DNA from: a virus
Taxonomy: Duplodnaviria > Caudoviricetes
Reading direction: 5' to 3' (one strand)
DNA length: 42,853 nt
IMG/VR virus record: IMGVR_UViG_3300032225_001933
Span: 1 to 42,853 of that record
A program made the translations under genes and the position numbers. The first letter of the stretch is position 1; each line of letters begins with the position of its first letter. This document shows positions 37,275 to 42,853 of this stretch, piece after piece. The notes beneath the pieces are model-generated. The model saw only the letters and a program-made list of their open reading frames with translations. It was not told the origin of the DNA and ran no database searches.

Positions 37275-37894
37275 AATGGACATACGCCTGTTTGTGAACA
37301 GATTATTTCGGTTATTAATGAATTTACTTTGCTATAGTCTTTTGTTGATTTATATTGCTTACTTTCATTCATTGTAGTAAGTTTACCAACTGGATGCATA
37401 TATGCTTCAGGAGTTGATGGTACGGATACTAGATCCCAACATAATAATTCAAAATCATCTTGTACCTCTACAGTCTCACCAATTTGTTTAACAGAACCCA
37501 TACCACGTGATGATATACCTAAAGGAATACCAGCGCTAACAAGTTCCATTGCAATTTTACCTGATGGTGTATTGAGTAGTTCAAGGCGACCCATTAAATC
37601 ATTACCTTCCCACCATACTTTTTTAATATTGTGTGATACATTTGATAGATTGATGATAGAAGCTTCAGGATGGTCTAATTCACCCATAGCATTATTATTT
37701 GCTATAGGTCCTTTTATATATTTTTCAACTTCACGCTCTAATATTTCGCGTGGATATCTACGACCATTACCGTTTTTTACTTCGGCTTCTTGTAGTTTAC
37801 CCTCAAGTAACATTCTACCGTTAGTAGACTTACCTTCGGTAAGTGTTAATTTAGCTACTTTAAAGGGGGTATAATCTATTAAAAGTTGTTTCAT
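37268..37894 (-). CDS. g21: Prohead protease (T4 gp21-like)
   Basis: KNGNGRRYP, GELDHP, VSH, LGISSRGMGS, DLVSVPSTPEA; likely start MKQLLID at 37894. Confidence 0.93.
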   Translation of the reverse strand: MKQLLIDYTPFKVAKLTLTEGKSTNGRMLLEGKLQEAEVKNGNGRRYPREILEREVEKYIKGPIANNNAMGELDHPEASIINLSNVSHNIKKVWWEGNDLMGRLELLNTPSGKIAMELVSAGIPLGISSRGMGSVKQIGETVEVQDDFELLCWDLVSVPSTPEAYMHPVGKLTTMNESKQYKSTKDYSKVNSLITEIICSQTGVCPLC

Positions 37895-37898
37895 ATTA

Positions 37899-39302
37899 TT
37901 ATTCGTTTTCGTATGAACTTCCATCTTCAGCATCCATTGCATCACCACCATAAGCGCCAGCTATTTCTCTAATAGCTTCTCTTAATTTATTTAAATCATA
38001 TTGACCTAAATCAATACCTGGTGTAGTGTGTTTAGGAGTTAATATATAAGATACACCTCTTCTATCATCAATATCTTCTGCTTCTATGTTGAATTGTAAT
38101 TTCAAAGCGGCAAGTACCTCTGAAGGTAATGGTTCCCAATATCCGAATCTTAAAAATCCATCAGGATTTGATTGTAATGTAATTTCGTCTGAATATTTTT
38201 TTAATGTTGGGTTGCTATCGACATAAGTAGCTATTTGTTGAGCTATTTTACCGGGTGTTTCACCAGGAAAATCATTCATTCTTGCTTCTTTCATAGCAAT
38301 TTTCTTCATCTTCTCACCTGTAGCATCCATTTTTTTAACACCACGAGTTGATTTAGCTATTAAAGACATTAATTTAATACCTTTTTCAGTTTTATTAGTT
38401 TCTTTTTTAGCATCAGCATCTTTCTTAGGTTTTTCAATACCTTTTACTGGTTGCATTCCCATTTTCTTATCAACAAAATTATCACCTTTAACTGGTTGCA
38501 TTTGACGTGCTTCAGCATTAGATGATTTTCCACCAATATATTCTGATTTAAACCCTTCTGTGCCAGACATAAGAATTGCTGTGTAGTAGTATGGATCTTT
38601 TTTAAGATTTTTAGCAACTATTTTAGATACTTTTTCTTTAGTTAATTCAGGATTTTTTTGGTGTTCATACTTAATACCAATTAATACTTCATAACTATTT
38701 AAATTATCAATTTCATCAAATTGATTATACATTGCTTTTCCTGATGTATTAGTCCATTTGCCTTTTTCATCTTTAGCTTCATATAATGATCCAGCCATAT
38801 CAAAAGGTTCATTTGGTTCTCCATAATCAGCATCAAAATCTTCAGGTACATCTTCTTCACCATATATTTCAGTAGCAATTCTATCAGCTTCTTGAGGTGA
38901 TAATCCCATATCTATTAATTTTTCAACAGCATCTTCATAGCTTCCTGCTACTTTAGCAATTTCTTCTGCTTGTGTTGGATCTAACATTTCAGATAATTCT
39001 TTACCTTCTTCATTTTCACCATTACTTTCAAAGAAACCCATAGTATATCCGTCTCTATGATATTCACTATTATTAGCTGTTAAACCATTAAGAACACTTT
39101 TAACTTTATCTAATGTTTTTGATGGTACTTTAACATCTGCTTCAGATAATATACCTTTATTTCTAAGGATACGAACTGAGTCGTTATATGATGTTACATT
39201 ATTAATATATTGAGGTAAAGCCATACGCAAGTTACGCATAAAATTAGCTTGGGACATTCTACCTTCTTGTAAATCGATGTACTGTTGTTTAATACTTTTC
39301 AT
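37899..39302 (-). CDS. Modular head-associated protein with DUF5661-like segment
   Basis: GIKYEH...IVAKNLKKDPYYYT; alternating acidic and basic blocks separated by L/M-x-E sites. Confidence 0.6.
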   Translation of the reverse strand: MKSIKQQYIDLQEGRMSQANFMRNLRMALPQYINNVTSYNDSVRILRNKGILSEADVKVPSKTLDKVKSVLNGLTANNSEYHRDGYTMGFFESNGENEEGKELSEMLDPTQAEEIAKVAGSYEDAVEKLIDMGLSPQEADRIATEIYGEEDVPEDFDADYGEPNEPFDMAGSLYEAKDEKGKWTNTSGKAMYNQFDEIDNLNSYEVLIGIKYEHQKNPELTKEKVSKIVAKNLKKDPYYYTAILMSGTEGFKSEYIGGKSSNAEARQMQPVKGDNFVDKKMGMQPVKGIEKPKKDADAKKETNKTEKGIKLMSLIAKSTRGVKKMDATGEKMKKIAMKEARMNDFPGETPGKIAQQIATYVDSNPTLKKYSDEITLQSNPDGFLRFGYWEPLPSEVLAALKLQFNIEAEDIDDRRGVSYILTPKHTTPGIDLGQYDLNKLREAIREIAGAYGGDAMDAEDGSSYENE

Positions 39303-39315
39303 TGCTATGTTTTAT

Positions 39316-39441
39316 TTATCTACCTTGACCGCGATATTTCTTTGGTCTAGATGTATGTTTGTTGTATGATTTTTTTGCGTTACCTGTTTTGCGTCTACCA
39401 AATGTAACTTTTCTAACGTCGTTAGATCCTTTTTTTGCCAT
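39316..39441 (-). CDS. 41-aa highly basic peptide ending YRGQGR (not in ORF track)
   Basis: MAKKGSNDVRKVTFGRRKTGNAKKSYNKHTSRPKKYRGQGR*; A-rich leader; fills the gap between neighbours. Confidence 0.8.
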   Translation of the reverse strand: MAKKGSNDVRKVTFGRRKTGNAKKSYNKHTSRPKKYRGQGR

Positions 39442-39455
39442 TTTATTTTTTAACT

Positions 39456-39692
39456 TTATGTATTATAGAATATTACTGTTCCTGAGCTAATAGTGGCTTG
39501 TGTTACTGTAAGAGGTACAGTTGCACCTGCTGCTACTACTATATTTCCTCCTGCTGCTAAATTAGTTCCAGTACCATCTTTTAAACTAGTAAAAGTAGCA
39601 GCTTGTACTGCTGTAAATCCAGCAAAAGATCCAGTAACGGATCCAGCAGATATTAAAGGTGTTCCACTATAATTTGAAGGTATATTTGCCAT
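39456..39692 (-). CDS. Small beta-rich protein, possible capsid decoration
   Basis: 78 aa, Ala/Thr/Gly/Ser-rich, almost uncharged; TAATG-coupled. Confidence 0.65.
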   Translation of the reverse strand: MANIPSNYSGTPLISAGSVTGSFAGFTAVQAATFTSLKDGTGTNLAAGGNIVVAAGATVPLTVTQATISSGTVIFYNT

Positions 39693-40348
39693 TATTGATT
39701 AAGGGTTTTGATTTTATTATTTAAATGATTTACCATTTCAGAAATAGTAGCTATTGCTGTATTTGTGCGATTCCAATATTGAATACCGTCACCTTCACTT
39801 AATTCTTGTTTCATACGTTGTGTGTATTCAACAATACGATCAATTTCTTGTAGTTTACGTTTTACTTCGCGAATTGCTTTATGAAGTTGTTCAGCTTTAG
39901 TTCTGTATTTAACTTCATTTTTAAATTTACCGTAGCTTACTTCGTTAAGCAATTCTTCTTTAACAATATCAATTAAGGATTCATTTTTTGTATAATCACT
40001 TGCCGCACCATATTTAGAGGCAGCACTATATGGTGATGCTGCTCCATATCCGGACGCTGCACCATATTTTGATGGTTGATCATATCCACTTTCCTGATAT
40101 ATCTTAACTTTTTTCTTTTTCTTACCAGTTAATGATACGTAATCTTGTACTTTAGAATCACCAGGCATTGTAGTTTCACCTTTAGTAACTTTCATTCCTT
40201 GGTCTTCAGCTGTTTGTGTAGCTTTATTTTTCTTTTGACCCTTAGGTGAAAAAGCCATTTTAGATGAATAACCACCAGCAGCACCAGAAGCAGATTCTTC
40301 ATCTAATATTTCTTGTGTAAGCTGTTTAATATATTCTTTTAAATCCAT
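39692..40348 (-). CDS. Head-module hypothetical protein with Tyr hexapeptide repeats and C-terminal coiled coil
   Basis: 218 aa; LKEYIKQLTQEILDEE leader; SxYGAA repeats. Confidence 0.7.
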   Translation of the reverse strand: MDLKEYIKQLTQEILDEESASGAAGGYSSKMAFSPKGQKKNKATQTAEDQGMKVTKGETTMPGDSKVQDYVSLTGKKKKKVKIYQESGYDQPSKYGAASGYGAASPYSAASKYGAASDYTKNESLIDIVKEELLNEVSYGKFKNEVKYRTKAEQLHKAIREVKRKLQEIDRIVEYTQRMKQELSEGDGIQYWNRTNTAIATISEMVNHLNNKIKTLNQ

Positions 40349-41202
40349 TATTTAACTGATTTTAATTCTGATATTAATTGGTGGAACTGTAATAAAGCGA
40401 TTATATTATCGTCTTTTACGTTTTGATTTTTATCAAGTGGCTTAAGAATATTTACTACTTCACTTAATTTAATTTGTACAGTTTTATCTGTTACTGTTTG
40501 ATTCAATTTATTCAATTCTGCTCTAATAACTGCAAAATGATTATTAACAAATTCACGTAGTTTAACAGTATTAGATATATTGTTAATATATTCTTTTAAC
40601 ACAGATTTCTGTGTATTAGACATATTATTATATTTGCTATTGAATCTTTCAAGTAATGTTTTATACACTAATATGCGTGTACCTTTATCCATAGAGATAT
40701 ATTCTTCCATTACACGATCCTTTACCTCAGTTTTATTGATTTCTGTACGAGTAATATGTTCAAGTAATGTAACTTTATTTTCTATAACTTGAGATGGCTC
40801 AACAAACTCTAGTGAGTTGTGAGCCTCTATTAAATTATATGCCGCAGCGTATTGTGAATAATTGTTAATCTTTGATTTAAAAAATTCTTCTAAATCGTAT
40901 GATTCACGAATATCCTTAATGATATTATATTTTTCTTTACGTAATGCAGAGCGATTTAAACGTGAAGATATTTCAAGTGTAGCGTTAACTAATGATTCCG
41001 CTTTACCTTCAGTTAATGCTTTAGATCCAACTAATGCTTGATACAGTTTATGTTCCTTAGCTAATTCTGATTTTGAAAAATATTTTTTTACTATGTTAAT
41101 AGCAGCAGAATCTTTACCAGATACAGTATCTGATGCAATCTGACGCACAAGTAGTTCAAATAAAATACCTGTGTTTTTGAATTTGCTATGCTTTATTTTC
41201 AT
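40348..41202 (-). CDS. Helical hypothetical protein downstream of the portal
   Basis: 284 aa, starts MKIKHSKFKNTGILFELLVRQI. Confidence 0.75.
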   Translation of the reverse strand: MKIKHSKFKNTGILFELLVRQIASDTVSGKDSAAINIVKKYFSKSELAKEHKLYQALVGSKALTEGKAESLVNATLEISSRLNRSALRKEKYNIIKDIRESYDLEEFFKSKINNYSQYAAAYNLIEAHNSLEFVEPSQVIENKVTLLEHITRTEINKTEVKDRVMEEYISMDKGTRILVYKTLLERFNSKYNNMSNTQKSVLKEYINNISNTVKLREFVNNHFAVIRAELNKLNQTVTDKTVQIKLSEVVNILKPLDKNQNVKDDNIIALLQFHQLISELKSVK

Positions 41203-41227
41203 ATTAATTTTAAAGTATACACTACCT

Positions 41228-41235
41228 ATAAATAT
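41228..41235 (-). promoter_or_regulatory. ATATTTAT motif (candidate late promoter)
   Basis: 25 nt before ATG 41202; flanked by a 5-bp inverted repeat ACTAC/GTAGT (41221-41240). Confidence 0.6.
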
Positions 41236-41242
41236 GTAGTTG

Positions 41243-42853
41243 TTATATGTCCTTAATGTTTTTTTCGTCTAATAATGAAGATTCCTGTTCAGCTTCAAAT
41301 ATTATTTGTTTATCATCTTTTTTCATAGATTTTAACATACTCTTATATCGTAATAATTCAGCTAATGCTAGTGGAGATCCACCTTTTGGTGTACCACTAC
41401 CTTCATCAGGAATATTTGCTGTATATAATGTACCATTTTCTTCTCTACCTAATCTATCTTTACCTAATGGATCTTCTTGTGTATTAGTAATAGATGCTTT
41501 CTCTTCAGGACGACCTACAGGACGTTTTTCATCATATCCAGGAGGTACAACACCACCTAATTCACCATTACGACCTTTACCATACAATGATGCTAAGTCA
41601 TGTGGTGTTCCGTATGATTTACCTGATTTAGCTGGGTCATTACCTTCATTCTCAATTTGGGATAAGCGGAAGGTACGTTTCATATCTTCAATTACTAAAT
41701 CACGTAATTCATCATATTGATCTTCGCTGAATTGGAAGATATTATCATATATCCAATCTGAAGGTACTAATTTACTATCTGTTAAATCTTTAGCTAGTGC
41801 AATCTTTTCCTTCCATAAAGCAACTTTTTCTTGCTCATATATAATTGATGGAACTGTTAATGATAATTCAAAATTACTTAAAGCAGCACCATCAAATCCT
41901 TGAGTATATAAATGCACTAATGCAATTTTATATAATTCAGATAATACAATACGTTGGATACGTTCTACTGTACGAGCAAAACGAATATCTTCAGCAGCTA
42001 ATGTAGCTTTACCAGTCAAATCTTTTTCAAATCCAAAGAATGCTTTAGGTACTTTAAGTGCTGCTAACATTTCATCACGTAAGAAGTTTACGTCATCAAT
42101 AGCATTATATTCAAGACCTTTTAATGTATCTATTTTAGTATTTGAGCTAGCACCACGTTGAGGAATATAAAAATCTTCCATGATATTCATCATGTTATAT
42201 TTCAAATTATATTCACCTGTATTTTTATCAATATATGGTGTTTTTTGCATTTTCTGCTTTAAACGCTCCATGTATCCATCTACTTCAGCAGGTGGTAAAT
42301 TACCAATATCAACATAAAAAATACGTTTTTCCGGAGCACGTGTTATACGATGGAGCAACATTGCATCCTTCATCAGCACATACTGTTTGTAAGTTTTACG
42401 AGCAGGTTCTATAAACGATCTACCATAAGGAAGATAGTTAGCATCAGTTAATAGCCTAAAATGCGCTATTTCATAATTTTCAAATTTAATCTTACCATCT
42501 CTATCTTTAACACGTGAATTGATACCACCAGCTGCGATTACCATTGGATCAATCTTAAAGCAAACGTATGATGGGTTTTGAGGATCCATACCCTCTTCAC
42601 GAATCATGTCATAAACAGACATTGGTGTTACACTATATACACCAAATTTATCAGCAATCTCCATATGTAAATAAAAATCACCATATTTACACATATTTCT
42701 AATCCACAACCATAAATTAAATTCAACATTCAATACATCATAAAATAAATTATAAAGTATACGTTGTATATTTTCGTCTGCTGATCTAATTTGTACTACT
42801 TCTTGCGCTTCATTCTTTAATGTTGCTTCATCAGCAATAATATCAAGAGCAGA
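41243..42853 (-). CDS. g20: Portal protein (T4 gp20-like), 5' end outside the window
   Basis: RITRAPEKRIFYVDIGNLP, MEDFYIPQRG, IDTLKG, ALKVP, EDIRFAR; frame stays open to the edge (SALDIIADEATLKNE...). Confidence 0.95.
   Translation of the reverse strand, partial: SALDIIADEATLKNEAQEVVQIRSADENIQRILYNLFYDVLNVEFNLWLWIRNMCKYGDFYLHMEIADKFGVYSVTPMSVYDMIREEGMDPQNPSYVCFKIDPMVIAAGGINSRVKDRDGKIKFENYEIAHFRLLTDANYLPYGRSFIEPARKTYKQYVLMKDAMLLHRITRAPEKRIFYVDIGNLPPAEVDGYMERLKQKMQKTPYIDKNTGEYNLKYNMMNIMEDFYIPQRGASSNTKIDTLKGLEYNAIDDVNFLRDEMLAALKVPKAFFGFEKDLTGKATLAAEDIRFARTVERIQRIVLSELYKIALVHLYTQGFDGAALSNFELSLTVPSIIYEQEKVALWKEKIALAKDLTDSKLVPSDWIYDNIFQFSEDQYDELRDLVIEDMKRTFRLSQIENEGNDPAKSGKSYGTPHDLASLYGKGRNGELGGVVPPGYDEKRPVGRPEEKASITNTQEDPLGKDRLGREENGTLYTANIPDEGSGTPKGGSPLALAELLRYKSMLKSMKKDDKQIIFEAEQESSLLDEKNIKDI

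Noticed and set aside
35443-41202. Phage-encoded ribosomal protein bS21 near the head genes
   Set aside because: No ORF with bS21-like sequence here; the 41-aa basic peptide does not resemble it.
3372-41720. All plus-strand ORFs in the track (e.g. 9742-10425, 10642-11370, 13783-14238, 25613-26161, 41247-41720)
   Set aside because: They lie antisense to well-supported minus-strand genes and mirror their codon bias or repeats; no recognisable motifs.
1-42853. Stop-codon reassignment
   Set aside because: Genes are full length in the standard code and TAG ends sheath, phoH and chaperone genes at plausible positions.
1-42853. tRNAs, introns, inteins, homing endonucleases
   Set aside because: Intergenic gaps are short and accounted for; no cloverleaf, intein or HNH/GIY-YIG/LAGLIDADG motifs seen by eye.

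Overview
AT-rich segment of a large tailed-phage genome (T4-like myovirus morphogenesis module), with all credible genes on the minus strand. In transcription order (right to left) it encodes: portal (cut by the window edge), head-associated proteins, prohead protease, acidic scaffold, gp23-like major capsid protein, PhoH, neck and tail-completion proteins, a fibre/spike cluster, tail sheath, tail tube, a gp26-like chaperone with an unannotated frameshift-linked gp51-like extension, a 2927-aa tape measure protein, baseplate proteins, a compact family A DNA polymerase and a truncated hypothetical gene. A-rich, mostly SD-less starts and a TTTG-N20-TAtcTTTA promoter suggest a Bacteroidota host (inference). 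Most notable: (1) a T7 slippery site joining the gp26-like ORF to a +1/-2 frame gp51-like ORF just before the tape measure gene; (2) a ~940-aa Pro/Val/Thr 14-mer repeat inside the tape measure protein; (3) an ATATTTAT motif upstream of 12 genes, the reverse complement of the T4 late promoter; (4) a structured scaffold leader carrying the only clear Shine-Dalgarno seen; (5) putative capsid-targeting peptides shared by scaffold and cargo proteins; (6) an L,D-transpeptidase-like domain on a baseplate protein. All family calls are from motif recognition and gene order; no searches were run.
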